Of a DNA stretch of 64,000 nt, positions 1 to 11,324 are shown in pieces. The number at the start of each line of letters is the position of its first letter. Within the stretch, counting starts at the first letter, position 1. Under the pieces are notes generated by a model. The model had not been told where the DNA came from, did no database searches, and saw only the letters and a program-made list of their open reading frames with translations. The translations under genes were made by a program, and so were the position numbers. Origin of the DNA: Cirrosporium novae-zelandiae (lineage: Eukaryota); contig JAPETS010000004.1 in NCBI GenBank assembly GCA_026023565.1, positions 372,001 to 436,000 on the forward strand. The letters run 5' to 3'.

Positions 1-1657
1 AAAAGAAGTTTGCTATCATCTTCATAGAGTCAGTCAAGCTGCATATCCAGGAAGTTATCTGTGAACCTTCTCACCGGTACAAGCCAGTAGGCATGCATTT
101 GTGCTGTCCACCCATACCACACTAGTGCTCCTGAGTAAATTATACACGCTAGCCAAGCATTTTCTCTCATTCGATCTTCAGGTCGGACTATCAGCTTGCC
201 TTTTTCATCATACCTTCCTGCCCTCTTTGCTTCTCTACGCATGATATAGTCTGCTCCGTGTCAATATCCGGTTCGTACGAGCTTGGAGGTGAAAAATGCA
301 AACTCCTACTTACCAATCCACTTCCCACCAAAAATACTAGCAACCACATATCCAACGGAGTTGGGAATATAAAGCAAACCAACAATTAACTGGGAGAAAG
401 AATATGGTGCTTGAGAAAATGTGTCTTGAATAGATATGTTGAGTATATAAAGACAACCAAACCTAAGACAAGTCAGCATAGGGCAGCAGAAGGTGTGCAG
501 TTAAAAATTTACGTTATGCTAGCGTAACAAACCAAAATCGCGATTGCTGGAAACCGAATATAGAGTATGATGCGCAAGGGGTCCACAAAAACTCTTCGGA
601 AGATCTTTATCCATTTCTTGGTATTGCCCTGGATGATCTGCCGTGATGATGTCCTGCTAATCGTCACCCCAAGAGTCGCCTGGCCAGTCCCATCAGCGGC
701 CATTTCCTGTTCGACTTCTAGTTGAAGTGATTTCTGACTTTTCAAGGTTTCGGGAAGTACGAACAAGACAAGTATTAGAACAATCCCGCCGTATATTGTG
801 AGGAACCATTGTGTAGCTCTCCAGTCCCACTTCTGGGAGAGAGCACCACCAATAATAGGCGCCAACAAAGGCCCACAGAGAGGACCCAGATAAAAGATGC
901 CCATTGCTCTTCCTCTCTCCTCGGGGTAAAACATATCTGAAATTGTTCCGGCACCAACAGCCTGGACGGAGGCAGAAGCCCCACCGGCCAGCATTCGCAT
1001 AACAATCAACATAGCGATGGAATTCGCTATAGCCGAGAGAACATTGAAAACAAGGTATAGTGCAAAGCTAACGAGGTATATCGTTCGTCGACCAAGTGAT
1101 TCACTGAAAGAGGACCACCATAGGGGAAAGATACTCATGCTAAGCATATATAAGGCGACTGAAAGGTTTGTCACCGTCGATGAAGTATGGAATTGAGCAG
1201 CAATTCGCAATAAGGAAGCTGGTCACATGGGCTAAGATTAGAGCTCGAGCCTCAAAAATATTATAGTTAACAAGGGCCTCTCACGAAACAAGATTCCGCT
1301 ACCCATTGGGGCAGCAGCAGCAGCCATTGCAGCGATGAAGGTGATGAGCCATTTTGTTGACCGAGGATATAATTTTGCATCTTCCACCTCAGCAATAACT
1401 GTAAACCGGCCGAAGAGACCTCGACGTTGTGATCTCCGCACCGTTACCGCCTTTATTGAACCTGACCTAGAAGACAGGGGTGGTGGTGGTGTTTGGCTCT
1501 CTTCGTCTTCATCTTGGGAAAATGCACTCGAGGAGGATTCTTGACGACGGCCATGTGCTTTGATGGACAGCTTTTTGTCGTCCTCAGTCAGAGTAATCCG
1601 AGCATCTGGAATATTCCGCTCATTGAATTCTCTCTTCTCGGCATCGTGTGGGTCCAT
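1..1657 (-). CDS. MFS drug:H+ antiporter (DHA1, Qdr/Dtr1-like); 3' end runs off the window
   Basis: Motifs WSSFSESLGRR, GAGTISDMF..ERGRAMG, GPLCGPLLAPIIGG, LPETL and PEDRM. Introns 1219-1284, 463-512, 251-313 and 21-74 join the ORF fragments in frame. Confidence 0.9.
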
Positions 1658-2755
1658 GATAACGTTGAAAAACGTCTATAGAAAGCCACCTAGATGTCAT
1701 TTGCTTTAATTAAGAATTATTCTGTCTTCTATATCCCACACAGCACTCTCGTCCATGTCTGGCCAGGTTTTCTTTTCAGTTTCATCCTAGTCAGCTTAAA
1801 GAATCAAATCAGCCAGACTCAATGGTATTCGGAATAGAATACGACTGAGGGTAGAAATCTCCGCCATCGAATTTGGGGAAAGGATACGCCAAAGTAAGCG
1901 GGGAGAGATACAATAATCCAATCATGAACAAGAGTTTCGACTTTGGACGATAATGCACATAGTTAGTTATCAGCTATTGCAGCAATTCCCATTTAATTTC
2001 CACTATTTTGCTTTAGTAAATTTCTGCGCATCATAGTCATCAGCGGAAGAGGTAAAAGATTGCGGATGTGTGCCGATTACCCGGCCATTTTTTTATCAAC
2101 GACAATATGCCGAAATATATCCCATTAGATAAGTTATAACTAAATTAGCAATCCACAACTTAAAAGAAGGGTTTTTTTTATAACAGAAGTTATAATATAT
2201 GAATCAAGTTTGGAGTTGGCTAATAGGAACAAGATTGGATGGATTTCTCTATCATCAATGTACAGTACCTACCTAGGTAGGTAGTTAACCTTTAAGATGG
2301 TTGTTGGTGGTGATGAACAATCCGGGGTAACTTAGAGATATGAATTACAACCGAAAAGAAATACATAAAAAAGTATCATTTTTAAATGTTTATCTTAGTT
2401 ACGGTATAGTAACCAGATCATCCACCATATTTAATTATGAATATATCTTTTAAAGTCATATATTGATGGCAAGTTTCTTTGGTGGATTTAGGACATGACT
2501 GGATCCTTAATTGCTGTATTGGTTAATGTTCTCAAGTACTGATTACATACATGAAGCTAATCCACGTGACGCATGTTGCCTGATAAGGACGAAATGAGAC
2601 TAAGATCATTCGGGATTAGTGGAAACTAGCGCGTCAAGTCAAATAGTTCGAGACACGTCGAGCGCGTCTGGATAAGATAATTGAAGTAAACCATCTACAT
2701 ATTGCTATAAAAAGTAGACTTCCGTGACTTCCGTGACTTCCTACTCGACACAGAC

Positions 2756-4378
2756 ATGCCTCATTCCTTGTCTTCTGAAAAATCTATACAGCATGACCCT
2801 GCTGAAACTAATGATTCTCCCGCCGAGGAACACCCAGCCAACAATGATACACAAGCTACCTCCGCAGACGCGGGTGTTCAAATGAAAGATACAAGCCAAG
2901 AGGAAAGTAAAGCGATGAAAGATGAGCCGGATAGTGGAGAAGAAGAGAAACTGAAGCTGGATGATATGTTTGATGGCGACAGTGACAGTGATGAATTCAT
3001 GGGTTCAAGTGCGAAGACCAATAGCCAAGCAAATATCCCCAAGAGCTCTCCTATAGCAGCGGAGCCGATGCAACTAGCACCTTCAGGCAAATACTCAGAC
3101 CCGGAAATCATGTATGCGTTCTATTCGCGCCTTTTCCCATTTCGATATCTCTTCCAATGGCTTAACCATGGCATTAAGCCTGCGCCCGACTTTGGAAATC
3201 GAGAATTCGCCTTCACATTACAAAACGATGCATATCTACGATACCAATCTTTCCCCACAGCCGATCTCCTGCGGAAAGAAATCTTGCGCCTTAATCCATC
3301 TCGCTTCGAAATCGGACCCCAATACACCACGAATCCACGCGACCGAAAAATGCTTCGCAAATCTACTGTTTTCCGGCCCCTAGCAAAAGAACTCGTTTTC
3401 GATATCGATTTAACAGATTACGATGAAATCCGCACCTGCTGCGACAAGACAAACATATGTCACAAGTGCTGGTCGTTCATTACGATGGCGATTAAAGTAA
3501 TGGATGCGGCGTTGAGAGACGATTTCGGATTTAGACACATCATGTGGGTATACTCAGGACGTCGAGGAGCGCATTGCTGGGTGAGTGATAAGAAAGCACG
3601 AGAAATGGACGACGCCAAAAGAAGAGCTCTAGCAGGCTACCTAGAACTAATAAAAGGTGGATCGCAAAGCGGAAAAAAAGTCAAAGTCAAACGGCCCCTC
3701 CACCCACACGTGCAACGCAGCCTCGACATCCTCAAAGAGTACTTCCCCAGCACGATCCTGCAAGCCCAAAACCCTTTCCACACCCCCACCCAATCCAGCC
3801 GACTCCTCACGCTCCTCCCGGATGCCCCCCTCAACACGGCCCTGCAGAAAAAATGGGACTCTGCGCCCGGCCGCCCCAGCACCAGTAAATGGGCCGATAT
3901 CGACGCCCTCGCGAAGGCCGGTTCTAGTAAGTCCTTGGATCCCAAGGCGCTACTCGAAGCCAAACAGGACATCGTGCTGGAATACACGTATCCGCGACTG
4001 GATGTGGAGGTCAGTAAGAAGCAGATACATCTTCTGAAGAGCCCATTCGTTGTACATCCCGGCACCGGCCGTGTGTGCGTGCCCATCGACGTGTCAAAAA
4101 CCGAGGAGTTTGATCCCCTGGGTGTGCCGACGGTCACGCAATTGCTGGGGGAAATTGATGCATGGGATAAGGAACATGGTAGTGCAGATAGTGCAAATAG
4201 CACGGATCCCGAGACCGAGCCCCCCTCCCAGCTACTAAAAGATGAGAAAAAGATCCTGGATTACGAAAAGACAAGCCTGAAGCCCTATGTAGAGTTCTTT
4301 AAGGCATATGTTTCTGATTTGTTAAGGGATGAGAGACCCGTGAAGAGAGAGAGGGAGGAGTCCTCGATGGAGTTTTAG
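2756..4378 (+). CDS. PRI1: DNA primase small (catalytic) subunit
   Basis: Intronless 540-aa ORF with REFAFTL, ELVFDIDLTDY, YSGRRGAHCW and HLLKSPFVVHPGTGRVCVP motifs. Confidence 0.97.
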   Translation: MPHSLSSEKSIQHDPAETNDSPAEEHPANNDTQATSADAGVQMKDTSQEESKAMKDEPDSGEEEKLKLDDMFDGDSDSDEFMGSSAKTNSQANIPKSSPIAAEPMQLAPSGKYSDPEIMYAFYSRLFPFRYLFQWLNHGIKPAPDFGNREFAFTLQNDAYLRYQSFPTADLLRKEILRLNPSRFEIGPQYTTNPRDRKMLRKSTVFRPLAKELVFDIDLTDYDEIRTCCDKTNICHKCWSFITMAIKVMDAALRDDFGFRHIMWVYSGRRGAHCWVSDKKAREMDDAKRRALAGYLELIKGGSQSGKKVKVKRPLHPHVQRSLDILKEYFPSTILQAQNPFHTPTQSSRLLTLLPDAPLNTALQKKWDSAPGRPSTSKWADIDALAKAGSSKSLDPKALLEAKQDIVLEYTYPRLDVEVSKKQIHLLKSPFVVHPGTGRVCVPIDVSKTEEFDPLGVPTVTQLLGEIDAWDKEHGSADSANSTDPETEPPSQLLKDEKKILDYEKTSLKPYVEFFKAYVSDLLRDERPVKREREESSMEF

Positions 4379-4784
4379 CTAGCTTATCAGATCTGATGTT
4401 TCTTTCTTTCACCGGTTCCTTTTTCAGGATACCTTTTACGATGAAGACGGTGGATACCTTGAAAATGATTCTAAACTATAAGCCCTACAGGTTGCGCATG
4501 AAGTGGATGTACATTTGGAACTTTGGGGGTCCGGGGGGGGGGGGGTACGGATATGGATCTACCCAGGCGTCTGGGAGTCTGGGAGTCTTTTTGTGTGTGC
4601 CATAACATCTGATTTTGTTAGGGGAATGATAATAGCACAGGATAATAATGTGCACAAATGAGATCAATGCATTTTCAAATCATCATGATTTCGTCAAATA
4701 TGTAGGTTATGTATACACAAAAGCAGGCTATTCGATGCTACAGCAAGAAGCAACAGTAAGACCCAAAATATGTTCTATTCTATC

Positions 4785-6361
4785 CTATCTCCTTCCCCTC
4801 CCAAACCTACTCCGTCCCTTAGAATTCTTATTGCGGATCTTAAGAGCCCTGTAGTTTGCATGCGCAGTCGCGCTGATTTTACGTACTGCTTTCTTGACCT
4901 TGCTAGTTTTGTCCTCATCTGGCTTCGGCGATGGTTTCTTGCTCTGGTTTATCGTCTGCTTGCTTGAGGGGGATATCGTGAAGGATCCATCAGAGTCCGA
5001 GCCTTCTTCATGAATCGAGTGGAGCTCATCGGTGTCTGTATTGCATATTTTGTCTTCGTGGCCTGTCCCTGGGTGGACTTGGGTTTCTGCAATCGCGACA
5101 AGTTCCTCCCCCCCCTCCTCATCCCCAGTATCCCTCTCCTCAACCACAGGAAGTCGTTTCAGGGGTTTTCTAACTGGTCTCAGGACCGACCTTCTTGTCT
5201 GTCTCTTTTGTCCCTTCTTTTTCCAAGCACGTAGAGGTTTTCCGTTCCTGTCCAATCCTTCTTTGCTTTTCTCATCCCCATTATCATCCTCATCCTCGTT
5301 ACCAATTCTAGTAACTTGGCTATCTCCTACCTGCACATTCCCAGTATTCATGTCTTCTGCCTCTATCTCCCTGAGCATCTCTAAATCATCATCTTCCTTC
5401 TCTTTTTCCATTTTCCTTAAATCTTGAACAATACTACTCAACCCCCGAAAAAGTGGTTTTTTGGGCATACGTGCAGCAATGGGGCTCAAAGTTGGATCGT
5501 TTTCTTCATTCACAGTACTAGGGAGCTGATTGGAGCGACGGAGAAAGGACGGTGTTGTGAATTGAAGCTTTGAGACACTGGGTTGAGAGGGAGTTGTAGC
5601 AAGGACGTTAATACTACAAGGGGCAGTAGGAGTTCGGAAGAGAAGTCTTGTGGCTTCCAATATATCAACTTCATCCTCATCCTTTGTGATATCTTTGGGC
5701 ACATTCCCAGCTGATGATTGCTTCCTTGTAGGGGTCTCAGCGACGGGTAGCTGCTTTCTAGGAGATTCTTGATGCTTTGGCCGTGAAGGTGTTCTTGAAG
5801 GTAGTAAATCAAACAGTCCCAAGACCTTTCCATTCTTCTGAGGGGTAGGTCCGATACTTGTCTTCAACCGTGCCGGTGTGAAGAGCGCTCGAACTGTAGA
5901 AGGAGACTCATACGGATCTAATTGTGAAGGATGGAGTTGTTTTGAGGGTGTGGCCGTGAAGGAGGTCTTAGCTATTTTGCGAGGTGTACTGGAGGTTTGT
6001 TGGGAAGGGGGATGTGTTTTACGTTTTTTCGGTTGGTCATGGTGGTCATGATGATTAGAAGCTGAGGAGGATGATCGATTGATATTCTCCTTTCCAGAGA
6101 GGGCATTCCGAAGATGATTGTAGGCTTTGTATTTGGATGCTAGATGATAGATGAAACAACCAATATTAATATTTTGAAATTGGTGAAGAGCACGCAATTC
6201 AGCTTACCTATTTGGTGATTCGCTTTAATATCATCGCGCCCAGCTTTGCGACCTCCGTTTGCTGTTGCGAATTCATACTCCCAATCTTTCAATTCCTGTC
6301 GAAGGGCTTCTGCCTTGAGTTGAATTGACTTGATTCTATTAAGAGGATCTGAATTGGTCAT
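4785..6361 (-). CDS. SLD2: DNA replication regulator Sld2/Drc1
   Basis: N-terminal LKDWEYEFATANGGRKAGRDDIK...ASKYKAY, joined across intron 6140-6207 (GTAAGC..CTAG). Also IGPTPQKNGKVLGLFD, many S/T-P CDK sites, KKKGQKRQTRR and C-terminal NYRALKI. Confidence 0.9.
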
Positions 6362-6438
6362 TATATTATAAGGTTTAGAAGTTGCAATGCGGAAATATTA
6401 AAACAATGTTGAAATATTGTGAAGAGAAAATAGTTCAG

Positions 6439-6444
6439 ACGCGT
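6439..6444. promoter_or_regulatory. MCB element (ACGCGT) upstream of SLD2
   Basis: Perfect ACGCGT about 80 bp upstream of the SLD2 ATG. Two related GCGCGT sites lie upstream of PRI1 at about 2629 and 2662. Confidence 0.55.
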
Positions 6445-6895
6445 AGAGCAAAAAAGATGACATGACGTGTTTATCGTGTTTGTATCACGTGACTATACAG
6501 GGGGGTTCGCGGGGAAATGACCAAACCCTAAAAGTAGCTACAAAGTCACGCTAGTACATTCTAGTCCGTACACCGCTACACCGAGTAGTTACACCCCTCC
6601 CTTCTCAAAGCCTTTCAAGCCTTCAATTAACCTCACCAAGCATGCCATGACACGCAAGATAAGACTAGTGTTCACAGTAGTAAATTGCTACGCTGCTACT
6701 CAGTACTTTAGTCCCAGTACCGTGTCAGTGTACCCCTCTTGGGTCCAATGGATTCCCACTACAAAGTATATAAGTAGTGTGTATATATATACCTGATATT
6801 TGACCTGGTTAATCATCAAGACATCTCTTGAAGCTCATTCATTATTCGAATAGTCTTCTTATGTCTCTTTCTATATCTTTTAGGCCTATTTCCCA

Positions 6896-7720
6896 ATGCC
6901 TGTTGTATCACCTTTCCTACATCTTCCTACCGAAGTTCGTCTCATGATATATCGACATGTACTCAACATCTATCCTAACACACGACTTTTCATCCCAAGT
7001 CCTCAGAACTGTCGTGAAGAGATATTGACCCGAAGTCCCTACCCCCTCACTCTCTATGGCGAAAGAGAATCCTTCGACTCCGAGATCTCTCAGATTGTTG
7101 GCTATCATACCTACCGCGTTGGTCCACGTCTTGATCTATTTGCTGTGTGTCGAGCTATTTCCCATGAAGCCGTTCCTCTGTTCTATTCGGAAACATTTTT
7201 CGCATTCAAATCCCCTAGGAGCTTCCTAGCTTGCCTATCTCATATCAGCTCAGATGCAAGAACTACGATCAGGCATATGGAACTAGAATTGGAGCTCAAG
7301 GACAAGTGCTGGACGTTATGTCCAAATGGACGCACCTCTCCCAAGACTGAAGAAGCTCTCATCGAGCTAGCAACCTTCAAATCGTTAACTACACTTGAGA
7401 TAATGATACCCGATCGTGACCTTGGCATACTTTTATCCGTCTTTAAAGAAGATAACACGGATCCAACCTGGATCGGCAATATGCCCAAACTCGACTCGAT
7501 CAGGAGCAACACTAAAGTTGGAGATATAAGATGGATATTCTCGCAGAAAGACGCCTTCGATCCTGGTCCCAAAGATATGGAACACCTAGTTGCGGAAATG
7601 ATACGACAATACGAGATGTTGCTGGATGAAGATGAGGATGTCTCGGAATCTGAGGAGGCGGACTTTGAAAACAGAAAATTTAGGTCGCCGCCGCAATTAG
7701 ATGAGTATCGGGATGATTAG
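6896..7720 (+). CDS. Fungal protein with N-terminal F-box-like motif (DUF7730/2EXR-like)
   Basis: 274-aa intronless ORF starting SPFLHLPTEVRLMIYRHVL, with downstream LFAVCRAISHEAVPLFYSETFF, typical of this family. TATA-rich region upstream at about 6767-6790. Confidence 0.75.
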   Translation: MPVVSPFLHLPTEVRLMIYRHVLNIYPNTRLFIPSPQNCREEILTRSPYPLTLYGERESFDSEISQIVGYHTYRVGPRLDLFAVCRAISHEAVPLFYSETFFAFKSPRSFLACLSHISSDARTTIRHMELELELKDKCWTLCPNGRTSPKTEEALIELATFKSLTTLEIMIPDRDLGILLSVFKEDNTDPTWIGNMPKLDSIRSNTKVGDIRWIFSQKDAFDPGPKDMEHLVAEMIRQYEMLLDEDEDVSESEEADFENRKFRSPPQLDEYRDD

Positions 7721-8340
7721 GTTATAATATGACGGGTATTTTCTCGAATTGGTTCAGTAAGGCGGGCTTATTTTATTTATTCCATTAGGCTAGACGTAGC
7801 TGACAGTGGGAAAAGAGATCTATCTACCGAAACCATCGATTTCCTATCACAAGACACCGGTGGGGAAGAGCCGGACCGTTTGTCAAAATAATCGTTACTA
7901 ATCAATATCAATTTCGCAGCAATTTCGTAGGCAGATCAGACGGACAGACCAAACCACTCTGGAATTTCATGTAGATAAACTCAAACAAAGGGAAAAATAC
8001 GTTACATATACGATAATTACCCAATTTAACTTTAAATCAATAGAGAGAGGAAGAACATTTTATATTTTTTTGTTTCAATTCTCAAATAACTATATAGTCT
8101 AATTATTCCTTCTTTCTCCTTTCCCCCTTTTCTCTCTTTCTCCCTCCCTCTTCATCGTATCCAAAAGCCTAAGGACCTCGAACAAACAAAACAAATATGA
8201 AATCAAAGTCAAAACCAAACAAAAACATTTCGCAAGACAATGTAACTCCTTCCATCCATCCAGATCATTATTTTTTACCGTCCCTTTCTTCTTCTCCGTC
8301 CTCCACAATCCCATCTAGCAAGTGGTGGAGATGATGATGC

Positions 8341-9999
8341 TCATGCCAGGCAAGTCCGTACATTATGACCAGGACGCCTACACTTTGAGCACCTAGGTGG
8401 CTTGCGAATAGGGTTGGCGGCTGCTGCTGCTGGGGGAGGAGGAGGAGGGGAGAGGGGGGGGGACCCACCTGGAGATTCTAATGAATCTGGGGGATCTGAG
8501 AGCTCTGAGGAATAAGAAGTGGGTTTAAGGTTGTCTTGCTCTGATTTTAGTTGTGGGGTATCCTCCTCTTTTTCTTTTTTCCCTTCTTCATCCTCTCCTT
8601 CCCCTTCTCTTTCTTCTTCTTCCTCTTCTTCTTCCTCCTCTTCTTCTTCTTCTTCCTGTTTTCCCTCACTTTCTTCTTCCCCATCTTCCTCCTCTTTTAT
8701 TTGCTCTTCATATTGCTCTTCCTCTCCCCTTTTTTGTCCGTCTCCACCGTTGCCGTTGCCGCTGCCGTCACTGTCGCTATTGTTGTTACTCGATTTTTTA
8801 GGGCTGCTAATCCTGGAGTAAGAGCTGCTACCAGAAACAGCAGATGTCTGATCGTCTGGGGGGTTGTTATCTGCGTCCCCTTCATCATTCACACTCTCAT
8901 CATCCCCACTTTCACCATCATCCCTACTGTCAGAATCCCAGGTATCGCTACTAGTTTCAGGATCATCGTTGTAGTGGTCGGGTTTGTTTGGTGGCATTTG
9001 AAAGTTTTTCGCAAAAGTACTAAACTTCACGGGTGGATCTGCTAGCATCCATCGCCTTAGAGTTTTCAAGGAATATCTGTCAGTCCTTTCATCCATCGTG
9101 GGATAAAGCTTATCATTCCAATGCTCTTTTGGATGATACCAATGACCCACTTTAAACCCTCGAGCTACTCCTGTTACATCTTCTCCAAGCTTCAACGTGA
9201 GACTCCAGTCAACGAGAATCAGTAGGTCAGTTTTAGACTTTTTAACAAATACGGTCGTGATATTGAATGGGTTGAGATTACCGTGGCTTAATTCGAGAGT
9301 TTTGTGCATGTACCGTAGACTTTTTCTGATCAGTCTATAGTAGCTATGACGATCGATCATGTCATAACCGTCTACTAAATCTTGTATCCTCATATCAAAG
9401 TCTTCAAATCAAACTGTTTTAACATGGCTCCAACGGTTGGTAGTGCACCCATAACATTTAGATACGTAACTAACCTTGGTACGGAGCTCAAGTTCTTTGC
9501 GGGCAACATATTCACCGATCGTCGCTCTATGGAGCTGGGCCATTTGATGTTGAAGATAAAACCCAAGCTGGTTTGCAAGGTGTAGAGCAATTTCATTCCA
9601 GTCATCCCCAAGAAGATCCGTAGGGGTTTCTGAGTTTGAGCTTTGCTTGCCAGAAGGGTAGGCATCTGCATTATCAACTGATTTTGTTAAGACTTTTTTG
9701 AAATTTCCCGGCACTCCAAGCCAATCGAAAGATGGCATTTTAGTTTCCAGATCCTCCATATTGACAGTATCCATCCGATTGGGAAAGGCTGTATCCCAAT
9801 GAAGGTTTGTATAGTTTTTCTTGCTGTACTTCATAACTACTTTGCCTTTGGAAGAAATTTTGAAAAATGTGCCGTGAAACTCGGGCTTTAATGTCTCTAG
9901 GTCTAGATGATAAGCTTGGAAAGCCGCTTCAAATTTATTTGACGACCTATTAGGTTCGTCGTCTTCGTCGGGATTGTGTACCGAACTTGAGGTAGACAT
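8341..9999 (-). pseudogene. Protein-kinase-fold (pseudokinase) ORF with acidic and proline-rich tail and C-terminal CX2CX4HX4C zinc knuckle; one in-frame TGA at 9409-9411
   Basis: ORFs 9409-9999 and 8341-9393 are in the same frame. Kinase-like motifs appear in order: HGTFFK..VVMK, EYVARKEL, YVSKCYG, V*FED, LRYMH, HGNLNPFN, LVDWS, HPKE, TDRYSL. The protein ends CSKCRRPGHNVRTC. Confidence 0.65.
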
Positions 10000-10561
10000 G
10001 GTGACAGTGATGTCTGTATAACGATTAAGAGTTCACATAAAAATATTCAATGGGGACCAATAGTAAGAAGAATAAAACAGAATAGTTTATATATCATCTA
10101 GATTTGACCGAACTCGGGTGCCAAACTATCAGAATAAAAGATATAAGAGCTGAAATACAGAATGACAACCTGTGAATTAACGATTATTCGAAGACATCAA
10201 TACATTTGTAACTACTAAACAGAATGCGGAATACTATTGATCAATTGAATAAAGAGAAGCTGGTCCATTGGATAAAAGTATAGACCATCCTTTAGTATTG
10301 GTACATGATTCTTTGTTCGGTTGTCTGAATGCAGATAACAAAGCCAATCCCCAACCTAGCATAGAGCCTCCTGTAGTAGACTATGTACTTGGTATATTCC
10401 AATGATGAAACTAATTTTGTGTATGAAAAAACTGTACATTAAATAACAAGGCTATTCCTAAACAGAGCTAGTCGTAAACAACTAATTAATTACATTAGAT
10501 TACCGATGCTAATCACGTGCCAATTATGCACAGTACCAGTATTTTTCATTTTTTAGGGGAG

Positions 10562-10809
10562 CACGCGGGTCCCAAAATAAGCGGGACTCACAAATTCTTC
10601 ATCTTTTTTTTTACTATTATTTTGATATTTTAATATAATTCCAGTAATACTACAGTAGTCTACTAATAATTATTGATTGTTCCATGATCATTATTTGTAA
10701 ATAATTATTGTTGCGTTGATGTTATCTTGACATAGGCATTAGGACACTATTGGGAGGCAAATAGTGAGGGAACGAGTTTATGAGTCCCGTTTATTTTGGG
10801 ACCCGCGTG
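10562..10809. mobile_element. Non-autonomous TIR element (MITE-like), 248 bp
   Basis: 36-bp inverted repeats at 10562-10597 and 10774-10809 (33/36 identical, terminal 19 bp perfect), AT-rich interior, and GGGAG directly flanking both ends. Confidence 0.7.
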
Positions 10810-10945
10810 GGGAGGCAAGGAATTTGCAAGGGCGTGGGTTTATCTAAACAAGCTTACAAGGTACCTTTTTCATCCGGCCTCATCTCTTCAACTAACAGCT
10901 TTTTTATTGAAACTTTCCTTCTTCTCGTCCTTCACAACAGACATC

Positions 10946-11324
10946 ATGCAACCCGTCTAGCTTCAGAGTCTTCTTATTTCCTCCTTCTATTCTACCTCCA
11001 CCTAGCCGTGGCCTTGTGAACTGCGAAGGACCAAGCTCTGGGTAGGTTTATGAAGGTCTTCTTTTCGCAATGAAATATCACATTGTTGTACTACGACCAT
11101 AACGAAGGCGATCTTGAGGAAAATGATTACGGAAGCGGCTTTAGACTAGAAGACTTCGGCAGAGAGGCTATAGGAAAGTTTTACAATCAATATAAAGAAG
11201 ATGAAATTGAAAACCCTTTACCTGGTCATGCCGAAACCGCATATTCTTAAAAGGACAAAGGCGCTTAGGCTAGGTTAGCGGCCATCACCTACACATTTCT
11301 ATTTTTTAAAAGTAGAGAAGCGTA
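10946..11324 (+). pseudogene. Degraded coding relic
   Basis: Coding-like frame YDHNEGDLEENDYGSGFRLEDFGREAIGKFYNQYKEDEIENPLPGHAETAYS*KDKGA*ARLAA. Its TAA/TAG stops are compatible with CAA/CAG C-to-T changes. Confidence 0.3.

Noticed and set aside
4533..4545. Poly-G run (others at about 33459 and 48326)
   Set aside because: Simple homopolymers with no supporting structure.
8519..9045. Phe/Leu/Ser-rich plus-strand ORFs
   Set aside because: Antisense shadows of the poly-Glu tract.
9409..9411. Selenocysteine decoding of the in-frame TGA
   Set aside because: Sec machinery is not known in Dikarya, and I recognised no SECIS element.
9414..9474. GTTAGT..AACAG intron candidate in the pseudokinase
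   Set aside because: Splicing would shift into a frame that stops after 7 codons and would delete kinase-like sequence.
6496..10375. Possible TA-flanked Tc1/mariner TIRs (TACAGGGGGGT vs TACAGGAGGCT) bracketing the F-box-like and pseudokinase genes
   Set aside because: Only 9 of 11 bases match and there is no further similarity, which is compatible with chance.
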